Source: an uncultured cyanobacterium (GTDB lineage Bacteria > Cyanobacteriota > Cyanobacteriia > Cyanobacteriales > CAWCAG01). Taken from it: a DNA stretch of 64,000 nucleotides. Positions 10,316 to 19,280 of the stretch are shown here, one piece after another. Under the pieces are notes generated by a model, which saw only the letters and a program-made list of their open reading frames with translations, did no database searches and was not told the origin of the DNA. The stretch lies in assembly GCA_963793425.1 (NCBI GenBank), contig CAWCAG010000001.1:192001-256000 (forward strand), in the 5' to 3' direction. The first letter of the stretch is position 1. Each line of letters begins with the position of its first letter. The translations under genes and the position numbers were made by a program.

Positions 10316-10343
10316 GGCAAGGTTTCAACGAACAACTGCCTGA

Positions 10344-12551
10344 TTATTCAGCCACATAGGTAATTGACAAAGTAGCCATTTCTTTAGGTCTTGCCTCGGA
10401 TCTACTTTGTACAGGGTTTCTACCTCTATCAAAATCCTGCAACAAACTACTGATAACATCCACAGCCTCATCTCCTCTGGTATCCAAAACTCCCTTTGAT
10501 GTTCCCCTCCCTCTGGCAATAGAGCGTAACCTCAACAAAGCATTTCTCATCGGAACTTCACTAAAAATGACTAATACTTCTGAAACTGTCGGCTCTTCAG
10601 CCACAAAAACAAAACTATCCTTGTCTGGATCAGGAATTAGCAGAGTTTCCTTTGCGCCTATTTTATTAGCAGTTTTGGCATACTCCTCATCATCGAACTC
10701 CTGAAGGGAAGAAAATTCGTTAGGATAAAGTACAAACAACTCGCCATTGGGGTTAATTAAAATTACACCAAGATAGAGTTCATTATCTTCATTGTTAACA
10801 ATCTGCAACTGAAAGAATTCATTGAGGGGAATAGAGTTTTTCTCCTGGCTATCACGTTGCCCAGAAGAAACCGAACAATATTCACCAGCTTCTTTGCAAT
10901 CCCCCCTGGCGGTAAACGCCTTTCCTAATATCTCCTTACCCCCTTCAATTTGCAACGTCACCCCTACATCTAAGCGAGAAGAGCGCCCGTTGATGGTTGT
11001 GGAAATTAACCTAGCAGCCAGAAGAGATTTAAACTTGCTGTTGAGACGTGCGATCGCTTCAGTTATCCCTTCTCCTGGTTCACCAAAAGAATCGGGAACA
11101 ACTTCCAAAGTAGGAGAAAATAAGCCAATGCTACCTTCCGGGGGCATCTTCTCAGCTTCAACTTGACTTTGGTAAGCTGCTGTCATGGAACTGAGAATAT
11201 ACTGCACATCCTCCGGGTAGGGTTCTACTCCTGTTTGATGGGGTATTGCTTTAATACGGTTGAGGTTAGCAATTGCTTCTTTTGCTACATCTCCATCTGC
11301 CCCTAAAGAAGGATCAAGCCCGATATTTAATGCCAAATCAGCAGGAATCACCCTAGAATACTCCTGCAACAATTCCCCTGGTTGTACAGTCCCTTCTATA
11401 ACTTCATAATCTGCCTGCAAACCATTACGAGAAATAACTTTTGCCTTAGCATTAGAAGAGCTAACAAAAACTGCCCCTTCTCCACTTGCTTCTATAGCTT
11501 TGTCGTCAACTCCACCTAACCAAAGTTGGGGCTTGTTACCGGAAGTGTTGATCACTACTGCTTCGGCTGGGGCTACCTGTGGTTGTAGCAAGTAGACGGG
11601 CTGGTTTTGCAGGGAGGCTGATGCAGCTTCACTTTTTGCCTTCTGACCAAGTGAAAGTAGAATTAAACGGCGATTAACTAAATCAATAGTCTCATCCACA
11701 TCTCTGGTTTGTTGCCACAGGGATTGAGTTAGTAGATAAGTAAAAGCTCCAGCTTCAAAGCCAGAAAATTTATAATCAGCAGCAAGCTGGTTTCTTCTTG
11801 CTGAGGCGATCGCAACTCCTGTAGCTACACCTTTGCGCCGCAGTTCAGAAAGTTTTGAAGCAGTGAGGTTAACTTCTGTTAACAAGCGTTCTTGATCTTC
11901 TCGCTCTTTTTCCCCAATTTGCTTACCTTCTCCATCTACAGCGCGGATTGTAATATTACCCCTTGTACCCCCTCCAGAATGGCAACTATCTAAAACCGCA
12001 GTGACATTCTTCGTTTTCTGCTTCAAGGCATACATAAGCAGAAAGAGAGTTTGTCCAGTAATATCATTAACTATTCCTGCTTCTGCATCAGATGAGTCAT
12101 CAGAAGGGACAAAAGTACTGTTACGGGGATAGTTTGCATCAAGGGGATTGGGGTCAATCACCTGGGAACCATGGCCAGAAAAATGGAAAACCACTACATC
12201 TCCTGGTTTAGCTTGGGCGATTAAATGCTCCTTAAAAGCAGTTAAAATGCCCTGGCGACTAGCCTGCTGATCTGTGATGGTGAGAATATCGCTATCTTGA
12301 AAACCGAAGCGGTGCATTAAAAGATATTTTTGCAGTTCTGTATCTTGGACACAACCAAAAAGGTTACCAAAACGTTCTGTGTTGGGATAATTGTTAATCC
12401 CCACTAATAAAGCTAATTTACGGGGGGTGTCCTGAGCTAGAACTTTGCCATAACGAACACTTTGACGCTGCAACTCAACCTGGCTTAACCCCACCGCAGC
12501 TAAGGCCGAACCAGCGAATTGTAAGAAGTGACGGCGCTTGATTCTGGTCAT
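10344..12551 (-). CDS. Metacaspase/orthocaspase (peptidase C14) with Tat signal and DUF4384-like C-terminus
   Basis: KRRHFLQ twin-arginine motif, KLALLVGINNY, HFSGHG and LDSCHSG catalytic dyad. Confidence 0.9.
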   Translation of the reverse strand: MTRIKRRHFLQFAGSALAAVGLSQVELQRQSVRYGKVLAQDTPRKLALLVGINNYPNTERFGNLFGCVQDTELQKYLLMHRFGFQDSDILTITDQQASRQGILTAFKEHLIAQAKPGDVVVFHFSGHGSQVIDPNPLDANYPRNSTFVPSDDSSDAEAGIVNDITGQTLFLLMYALKQKTKNVTAVLDSCHSGGGTRGNITIRAVDGEGKQIGEKEREDQERLLTEVNLTASKLSELRRKGVATGVAIASARRNQLAADYKFSGFEAGAFTYLLTQSLWQQTRDVDETIDLVNRRLILLSLGQKAKSEAASASLQNQPVYLLQPQVAPAEAVVINTSGNKPQLWLGGVDDKAIEASGEGAVFVSSSNAKAKVISRNGLQADYEVIEGTVQPGELLQEYSRVIPADLALNIGLDPSLGADGDVAKEAIANLNRIKAIPHQTGVEPYPEDVQYILSSMTAAYQSQVEAEKMPPEGSIGLFSPTLEVVPDSFGEPGEGITEAIARLNSKFKSLLAARLISTTINGRSSRLDVGVTLQIEGGKEILGKAFTARGDCKEAGEYCSVSSGQRDSQEKNSIPLNEFFQLQIVNNEDNELYLGVILINPNGELFVLYPNEFSSLQEFDDEEYAKTANKIGAKETLLIPDPDKDSFVFVAEEPTVSEVLVIFSEVPMRNALLRLRSIARGRGTSKGVLDTRGDEAVDVISSLLQDFDRGRNPVQSRSEARPKEMATLSITYVAE

Positions 12552-12700
12552 GTTATTTTTCCTCTCTAACTACTGATCTGTCAATTTTCAATTAGTGAAT
12601 AAAGATCCTCTTATCTTGCCCTCCTGGATTGGCGATCGCCTTTAGTACGACAGATAAAGACAGCTAATACTTGAGACAAGATAGTCTAATCTTAATCCTG

Positions 12701-12729
12701 TTTACATTGCTTAATTATTCTGTTAATGT
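12701..12729 (+). promoter_or_regulatory. Putative psbA sigma70-type promoter
   Basis: TTTACA-N17-TAATGT upstream of psbA. Confidence 0.6.
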
Positions 12730-12796
12730 ATATACATACCAGCAAGTCAAACCGACTTAGCTTTTATAAATATCATTCACGCAATTATACTGAACC

Positions 12797-13879
12797 ATGA
12801 CAACTACATTACAACGTAGCCAAAGCGCAAGCCTTTGGGAACGGTTTTGCAGTTGGATCACCAGCACCGAAAACCGCCTCTATGTAGGTTGGTTTGGAGT
12901 CTTAATGATCCCAACTCTGTTAGCCGCCACCACTTGCTTTTTAATCGCCTTCGTCGCAGCACCTCCTGTAGACATAGACGGAATCCGCGAACCAGTAGCA
13001 GGTTCATTACTTTATGGAAACAACATCATCTCTGGTGCAGTTGTTCCATCATCTAATGCCATCGGCTTACACTTCTACCCAATTTGGGAAGCAGCTTCTC
13101 TTGATGAGTGGTTGTATAACGGTGGTCCTTACCAGCTAGTGATTTTCCACTTCCTCATTGGCATATTTGCTTACATGGGAAGAGAGTGGGAACTATCCTA
13201 CCGCTTAGGAATGCGTCCTTGGATCTGTGTAGCTTACTCTGCTCCAGTAGCAGCAGCTAGTGCAGTATTCCTAATCTACCCATTAGGACAAGGAAGCTTC
13301 TCAGATGGAATGCCTTTAGGTATCTCCGGAACCTTCAACTTCATGTTTGTCTTCCAAGCAGAACACAACATCTTAATGCACCCCTTCCATATGTTGGGAG
13401 TAGCGGGTGTATTTGGTGGAGCATTATTCAGTGCCATGCACGGAAGCTTGGTCACCTCTAGCTTAGTTAGAGAAACCACCGAAACCGAATCACAGAACTA
13501 CGGTTACAAATTCGGACAAGAAGAAGAAACCTACAACATTGTTGCAGCACACGGTTATTTTGGTCGTCTCATCTTCCAATATGCCTCCTTCAACAACAGT
13601 CGTAGCCTTCACTTCCTCTTAGGAGCATGGCCAGTAGTAGGAATCTGGTTTACCGCGTTGGGTATTTCAACAATGGCGTTTAACCTCAACGGATTCAACT
13701 TCAACCAGTCGATACTAGATTCACAAGGTCATGTAGTCAACACCTGGGCTGATGTATTAAACCGCGCTAACTTAGGCTTTGAAGTAATGCACGAGCGCAA
13801 TGCTCACAACTTCCCCTTAGATTTAGCAGCAGGCGAGTCTACACCAGTAGCTCTCACTGCCCCAGCTATCAACGGTTAA
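12797..13879 (+). CDS. psbA: Photosystem II D1 protein (standard form, Glu130)
   Basis: 360 aa canonical D1; Y161, D170, E189, H190, H332, E333, D342 and A344 present. Confidence 0.99.
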   Translation: MTTTLQRSQSASLWERFCSWITSTENRLYVGWFGVLMIPTLLAATTCFLIAFVAAPPVDIDGIREPVAGSLLYGNNIISGAVVPSSNAIGLHFYPIWEAASLDEWLYNGGPYQLVIFHFLIGIFAYMGREWELSYRLGMRPWICVAYSAPVAAASAVFLIYPLGQGSFSDGMPLGISGTFNFMFVFQAEHNILMHPFHMLGVAGVFGGALFSAMHGSLVTSSLVRETTETESQNYGYKFGQEEETYNIVAAHGYFGRLIFQYASFNNSRSLHFLLGAWPVVGIWFTALGISTMAFNLNGFNFNQSILDSQGHVVNTWADVLNRANLGFEVMHERNAHNFPLDLAAGESTPVALTAPAING

Positions 13880-13915
13880 GTTGCACTACTTACAATTAAA
13901 TAATACCTAAATAAC

Positions 13916-13945
13916 AAAAAGCGTCCCTTTCGAGGGGCGCTTTTT
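13916..13945. terminator. Bidirectional intrinsic terminator
   Basis: AAAAAGCGTCCCT-TTCG-AGGGGCGCTTTTT between convergent genes. Confidence 0.9.
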
Positions 13946-13999
13946 GATGCTTTCTAGGAAGGCTTCTTGAATTAGCATAGCCTGATTGCCCCTGCAAGC

Positions 14000-14902
14000 C
14001 TAACGCTGAGAATTGCAACAAGAAACAACTGGTTGTTCTGCTAAACTTTCTAAGTTCACATATTCTGACCCCAGCAACTCTTGTAGGTAGTCTTTAGCCT
14101 TTTTGGGATTAGAAGGATATAACTCTGTGAAGATGGTGGTTAAGCTTTCGTTCCAAAGACCATCTTGTGCATAAAGTTCAACTTTTTCTTCCGGCTTAAC
14201 TGTAGGGGAAGGAGTGAATTTTGGTGTTGCTGCTACTCTGGCAATTTTACCTTGTACATAAACATCTGAATCTCTATTTTCAGGATCACAAATGATAGTG
14301 AAACTCCAGTGATAATCTTCTCCTACTACTAAGGCTTCATCTTTTATAGTTAGACCAATAATTCCTGGTGTTCCATTTAGTTGATAAATATTATTGTAAA
14401 CAACTTCTCTAGTTTCATTAGTCATAACTTTCAATTTGGCCTCAAGTTCCCCACTAGTAGGATAAGGAACATAAAACCAAAGGGTAGGAAATTCTTGAGC
14501 AGTAATAGACCAATAAGTTTTCTCTGTTGCCGCAGGTTCAGTTTCTGATTCTTCTAAACCTTTTCCAGGAACTAAAGCGGTTAAACTGGGAACGGATTGA
14601 GGACAGCGATCTTCACCATAAGTTCCATCAGAAGATTGATTATATGGTTCTCCTTCTTCTTCTCGTCTAGTCCTGGGAATAAAAACTATTTTGCTACTTG
14701 CTTCAGTCTCATTTTCCTTGATAAGGTTATTAGTTCGGGCTGAAGAGTTGACTACTAATATTAAAGGTAAAATGTTAACAAAACCAAAGACGGTGCAAGC
14801 TAAAAGCAAAGCGAACTTACTAGCAAAAGGAACTGAATTTAATAATTTCATAATCAATGTTTTGGTATTACGATGTAAATGAAAAAAACTATTATTTGTC
14901 AA
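14000..14902 (-). CDS. DUF928 domain protein
   Basis: LTALVP, PTLWFYVPY, YHWSFTIICDP, YAQDGLW, PVVSCC; true start may be ATG 14851. Confidence 0.85.
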   Translation of the reverse strand: MTNNSFFHLHRNTKTLIMKLLNSVPFASKFALLLACTVFGFVNILPLILVVNSSARTNNLIKENETEASSKIVFIPRTRREEEGEPYNQSSDGTYGEDRCPQSVPSLTALVPGKGLEESETEPAATEKTYWSITAQEFPTLWFYVPYPTSGELEAKLKVMTNETREVVYNNIYQLNGTPGIIGLTIKDEALVVGEDYHWSFTIICDPENRDSDVYVQGKIARVAATPKFTPSPTVKPEEKVELYAQDGLWNESLTTIFTELYPSNPKKAKDYLQELLGSEYVNLESLAEQPVVSCCNSQR

Positions 14903-14973
14903 AGGCAGCCCGACTCAAAATCTAGCTTATTAACAATATTTGAGAAACAGGTCGCCTCTACTTATTATTTATC

Positions 14974-17730
14974 CTAGTTTCCTACTAACACGAAAGGCGA
15001 CCAATGATAAGGACTTTTATAATTACTCTTTCGTAATACATATTGCTGTGCTAAATGGAGTGCTTTAGCTTTGCCAACTTCTTTAGTTACTAGATTCTCA
15101 TAAAACTTTTCAACTAGCAAATTAGAGGAACCTTGGTCTACAGTCCATAACGGTGCAATAGTACCTTTCGCTCCAGATTTAACCGCAACTCCAGCAATAC
15201 CTAATACTGCCCGATTATCCCCTTCTGCTGAATCACAAGCACTAAGAACTAATAGTTCAATTGCTTGGTTTTGCTTACCAGTTTGGAGTAAGTTTTCAAA
15301 CTCATTTATATTTAATGAATAATCTTCAAGATTATTTGCTTCGTCATCAGTCATGATAAAAGTTTTCTGAGGGTCAGAAGCGAATTTTCCGTGAGTTACT
15401 AAATGCAAGATTGGATAATAATTGGCAGCTAGTTCTTGTTGAATGTTTGCTTTGGTAAAGTTTCCGTTACTAATAATTTTAGAGTTTGGCAAGAGTTTTT
15501 TAAGGGCAGCAATTTGTACTTTAACCTTATCTTCTAAAGGATTAAATCCATCACGATGTTTGATTGCTCCACCAATTAAAGCAGTTAGTTGTTGGGGTTG
15601 AAAACTTAGAGGTTGTAGTAGTTGAACTGTTGGTACAACCACAGTAGCATAGTCTTGAGCAGCTAAATAATTTTGCCCATTATGTAAAGCACTCATCGGT
15701 ATAGGACGGAACACATTGTCAAGGATAAAGATTAAGGTTTTAACCTGTGCCTGTTCTAAATCAGGAATAGAGTTTGCTAATAGTATTTGGTATAAGTCTT
15801 TGAAAGGTTGTTCTTGATTTGGGTCAAGATCAGCCTTGATTTTTAAGGTTGCAATAGCTTCTGCAACTACTTTTTCTACTTCATCTTTATCTTTAGTAGT
15901 AATACGATAAACCAACTCTTCTTGGTTAGGTAACTTGAGAATAACAGCTACTTGTTCTGGGAGAAGAATTGGATAAAGAAAGGCAGGTTTTTGTTTGGGA
16001 TCGTCTTGGATCACCCTGTTAATACGCTTAATTAATAGCTCGATTTGTGCTTGTTGATTATTACTTTCCCCTGTTAGTAAACCTTCGGCATCTTGATTTT
16101 GTACAGTGCAACGGAGGAAGTTTTCTAACTCTGCTAATTGTAATGCTTCTACATAATAAAGGGATTTTTTGAGATTTTCTTGGGGAGGATTTGTTTCTCC
16201 TTTGGGCAATAGCAAAGCTACTAATTCTCGATACAAGGGTTCGACGTTATCCCGGAAAGAAAACTGCACATCAGAGTTGATGGTAATGAGGTTACGGCGC
16301 ACCTGATCTAGGGTTTGGGCTGCTGATTCATAAGTTGAAATCGCACCCTGCCTTTCCCCTTGACTAGCAAGAAGTCTACCTAATTGCCACTGCCATTGAT
16401 AAGCCGCTTCAGGATTAGCCTGTGGTTGAAGAATGAGTAAGGCTTCTTCTGTTAACTTTTGTGCTTGTTTGCGCCACTGTTGAGACTCTGTAGGTTTCTG
16501 GGCAATAGTAGCAAAGTATTCCTCCAGGCTAGCCAAGTTACCTAAAGCATAGGCTTTGGCGTAGCTATCCTCTAATTCTTGGGCTTCGGTTAAGGCGGTG
16601 TTGAGGAGGTTGGTTACAGTTTCCCAGGTAGTAGGTAATGAAATACTTTTAGGTAATGGGTGTTGGTTTTTGGTTGATTGGTTAGACTCTAGACTTTGGG
16701 GAGTTGGGGAAGATTGCTGTTGTAAGAAAGCTAGGCTTTTAGCATAGTTGATGCGGGCGTAGACTTTGCTGCGGCTTAGGGGTAATACTTCTACATCTAT
16801 GGCTAAGTCTTGGGGTTGGGGTTGTTTACCTCCTTCTAGTAACAGGCTGAGATGGTTTAGTTGCGCCCTGATTTTCAAATTGGTGGGTAGGGAAGTATCT
16901 TGGCTTAGGGCGAGATATTTACTGTCTGCTTGTTGGTAAAATGTTTCTGCTTCGGTCGGGGGATTTTTAGGAGTGTAGCGCCAAGGTAAATGTTGATACT
17001 CTGCTTTGGAGAGGCGATCGCGCTCTAAATTCCCCCTTGCCCTTAAGGTATTGGCTAAGCTTAGCTGGGTTGCACCTTTAGTTTGCGGTGAAAGGGAAGT
17101 CGCCTCTGTAACAGCTTGTACCAAAACTAACTGCGACTCTTCTAGTTTACCCATGCCCCTGAATAAATTGCCCAAAGAACGTAAACCAGCTACTTGCACT
17201 GCTGGGGGTAAGGGATTGCGCTTTAGTTGTTGTAAATTCTCTTGAGTTAAGTCATTGCAGTTTAGGGGGGCAAGCTGAAAAGCTTGGATCAAGGTACGAC
17301 AAGCGCGAGGATATAAACCCAAAGCTTGCAGCGCCCGACTTTGGTTGATTTGGCTCAGGGAGACACGAGAAGCATCAGCTAAATCTTGGTAAACTTCTTG
17401 GGCTTGCTGCCAAGTTTCTAAGGCTTTATTTGCTTGTCCCAAGGTTAATTGAATGTTACCCAAATTAGTCAAAGTAACAGCTAAATTCTGCTGCTGCTTT
17501 TCTGCCCGAAACAAATCCACAGCCTCTTGTAAAGATGTGATCGCTTCGTTTAACTCCCCCGCTTCATAAAAAGCTTTCCCCTCTTGCACCAACTGCTGAG
17601 GCGTGGTTTGAGCCGAAATAACCGCAGGAGAAAGAGTAAGGCAAAGGGAGAGAAAGAAGATAATTGCTACTTTCTTATACTCCAAAAATTTCCTCAAGAA
17701 TATCTGAACAAATTGCTTTAAAAAAATCAT
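14974..17730 (-). CDS. TPR + CHAT domain protein, secreted
   Basis: Signal peptide, YQWQWQLGRL, FSFRDNVEPLYR, HLVTHG, LSACDS, YHWSPFVLVGN. Confidence 0.9.
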   Translation of the reverse strand: MIFLKQFVQIFLRKFLEYKKVAIIFFLSLCLTLSPAVISAQTTPQQLVQEGKAFYEAGELNEAITSLQEAVDLFRAEKQQQNLAVTLTNLGNIQLTLGQANKALETWQQAQEVYQDLADASRVSLSQINQSRALQALGLYPRACRTLIQAFQLAPLNCNDLTQENLQQLKRNPLPPAVQVAGLRSLGNLFRGMGKLEESQLVLVQAVTEATSLSPQTKGATQLSLANTLRARGNLERDRLSKAEYQHLPWRYTPKNPPTEAETFYQQADSKYLALSQDTSLPTNLKIRAQLNHLSLLLEGGKQPQPQDLAIDVEVLPLSRSKVYARINYAKSLAFLQQQSSPTPQSLESNQSTKNQHPLPKSISLPTTWETVTNLLNTALTEAQELEDSYAKAYALGNLASLEEYFATIAQKPTESQQWRKQAQKLTEEALLILQPQANPEAAYQWQWQLGRLLASQGERQGAISTYESAAQTLDQVRRNLITINSDVQFSFRDNVEPLYRELVALLLPKGETNPPQENLKKSLYYVEALQLAELENFLRCTVQNQDAEGLLTGESNNQQAQIELLIKRINRVIQDDPKQKPAFLYPILLPEQVAVILKLPNQEELVYRITTKDKDEVEKVVAEAIATLKIKADLDPNQEQPFKDLYQILLANSIPDLEQAQVKTLIFILDNVFRPIPMSALHNGQNYLAAQDYATVVVPTVQLLQPLSFQPQQLTALIGGAIKHRDGFNPLEDKVKVQIAALKKLLPNSKIISNGNFTKANIQQELAANYYPILHLVTHGKFASDPQKTFIMTDDEANNLEDYSLNINEFENLLQTGKQNQAIELLVLSACDSAEGDNRAVLGIAGVAVKSGAKGTIAPLWTVDQGSSNLLVEKFYENLVTKEVGKAKALHLAQQYVLRKSNYKSPYHWSPFVLVGN

Positions 17731-17824
17731 AATCCTATACCAAAAATTAATTGTTTAAGGGCGACCTAATTTAAACCTCAACTTGTCACCAATGGTAATG
17801 GGTAATGGGTAAGAACTACAGCTT

Positions 17825-19186
17825 TTATTTTGTAATCAATTTGAGGGCAATTTTATTAACTCTTTCTGTTAACGTTGCTAACTCAATAGTAGTTAATTTA
17901 CCTTGTTCTACAATTTTTTTACCATTAATAAAATTGTAGTCTACATGATCAGTTTGACAATAAATCAATGCTGCCACAGGATCTTGTTGTGTTCCTACAA
18001 AAGCGGGTTTATCTAAATTAACAGCAATAAAATCTGCTGCCATACCTGGGGCCAGATAACCGATATCATCTCTACCTAAAACCTTTGCCCCTCCCCTAGT
18101 AGCAATTTCCAGAGCATCACGGGCAGTCATCGCTGAGGCATCCTCATCCTTAACGCGGGCTAACAAAAAGGCGCTACGGGCTTCGTGAAGCAAATTGGTA
18201 GCATCATTAGAAGCTGTCCCATCCACTCCTAAACCAACAGGGACATTGGCATTAAGCATTTTACGAATTGGTGCAATACCGCTGGCTAAACGCATATTGC
18301 TACAGGGGCAATGTGCCACACCAGTACCAGTTTGTCCGAATTTAGAGATGGAGCGATCGCTTAACTTAACACAATGAGCGTGCCAAACATCATCTCCTAA
18401 CCAACCGACCGATTCTGCATAGTCCCCAGGAATTAAATTAAATTTAGACAAACTATATTCTACATCCCCTTTATTTTCCGCTAGGTGAGTATGCAGCCTT
18501 ACCCCTGGATAGCTTCTCGCCATGGCTGCTGATTCCCGCATCAAGTCTTGAGAAACAGAAAAAGGTGAACAAGGGGCGAGAACGATCCGTACCATAGAAT
18601 AGCGTTTATTGTTATGGTATTGCTCAATTAATCTTTGAGAATCTTTTAAAATATCGGCTTCTTTTTCTATCAGAAAATCTGGAGGTAAACCACCATCACT
18701 TTCCCCCACACTCATACTACCCCGGCTGGCATGAAACCGTAAACCAATTTCCTCAACTGCACGGATTTGTTGATCAAGGGTGCAATCATTAGGAAATAGA
18801 TAATGATGATCGCTAGCAGTGGTACAACCAGATAAAAGCAACTCTGCGGCTGCCATTTGAGAACTATAATACATTCCTTCCCCAGTAAGATTAGACCAGA
18901 GGGGATAATGTGCTGTTAGCCATTGAAATAAGTCACCATTTTGCCCAGCGGGTGTGACGCGAGTTAGGGTTTGGAAAAAGTGATGATGGGTATTTACTAA
19001 ACCAGGCAAGACTAGATGTTTATCTTCTAAATCGAGAATTTCATCTGCTGTGTTCGGTAATTCTGAAGTTGTCCCTACTTGTTCGATAACATTATCCCTA
19101 ACTAACAATGCACCATAGCGAATTTCTCGCCGTTCATTGTCCATGGTGATGAGGGTATGAATATTTTTTATTAATAGGGTAGGCAT
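17825..19186 (-). CDS. 8-oxoguanine deaminase-like amidohydrolase
   Basis: PGLVNTHHH, APCSPFSV, HTHLAE, GLGVDG. Confidence 0.85.
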   Translation of the reverse strand: MPTLLIKNIHTLITMDNERREIRYGALLVRDNVIEQVGTTSELPNTADEILDLEDKHLVLPGLVNTHHHFFQTLTRVTPAGQNGDLFQWLTAHYPLWSNLTGEGMYYSSQMAAAELLLSGCTTASDHHYLFPNDCTLDQQIRAVEEIGLRFHASRGSMSVGESDGGLPPDFLIEKEADILKDSQRLIEQYHNNKRYSMVRIVLAPCSPFSVSQDLMRESAAMARSYPGVRLHTHLAENKGDVEYSLSKFNLIPGDYAESVGWLGDDVWHAHCVKLSDRSISKFGQTGTGVAHCPCSNMRLASGIAPIRKMLNANVPVGLGVDGTASNDATNLLHEARSAFLLARVKDEDASAMTARDALEIATRGGAKVLGRDDIGYLAPGMAADFIAVNLDKPAFVGTQQDPVAALIYCQTDHVDYNFINGKKIVEQGKLTTIELATLTERVNKIALKLITK

Positions 19187-19280
19187 TTTAGGAGTAATAA
19201 GTAATTATATCGGGGTTTTGCCCGACTTTATTATTATAAAAGCTTACAAATAATATAAATTTAGCTGTAAATAGGTTAAG

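Noticed and set aside
12797..13879. Rogue, far-red or microaerobic D1
   Set aside because: All Mn4CaO5 ligands are present and the diagnostic substitutions are absent.
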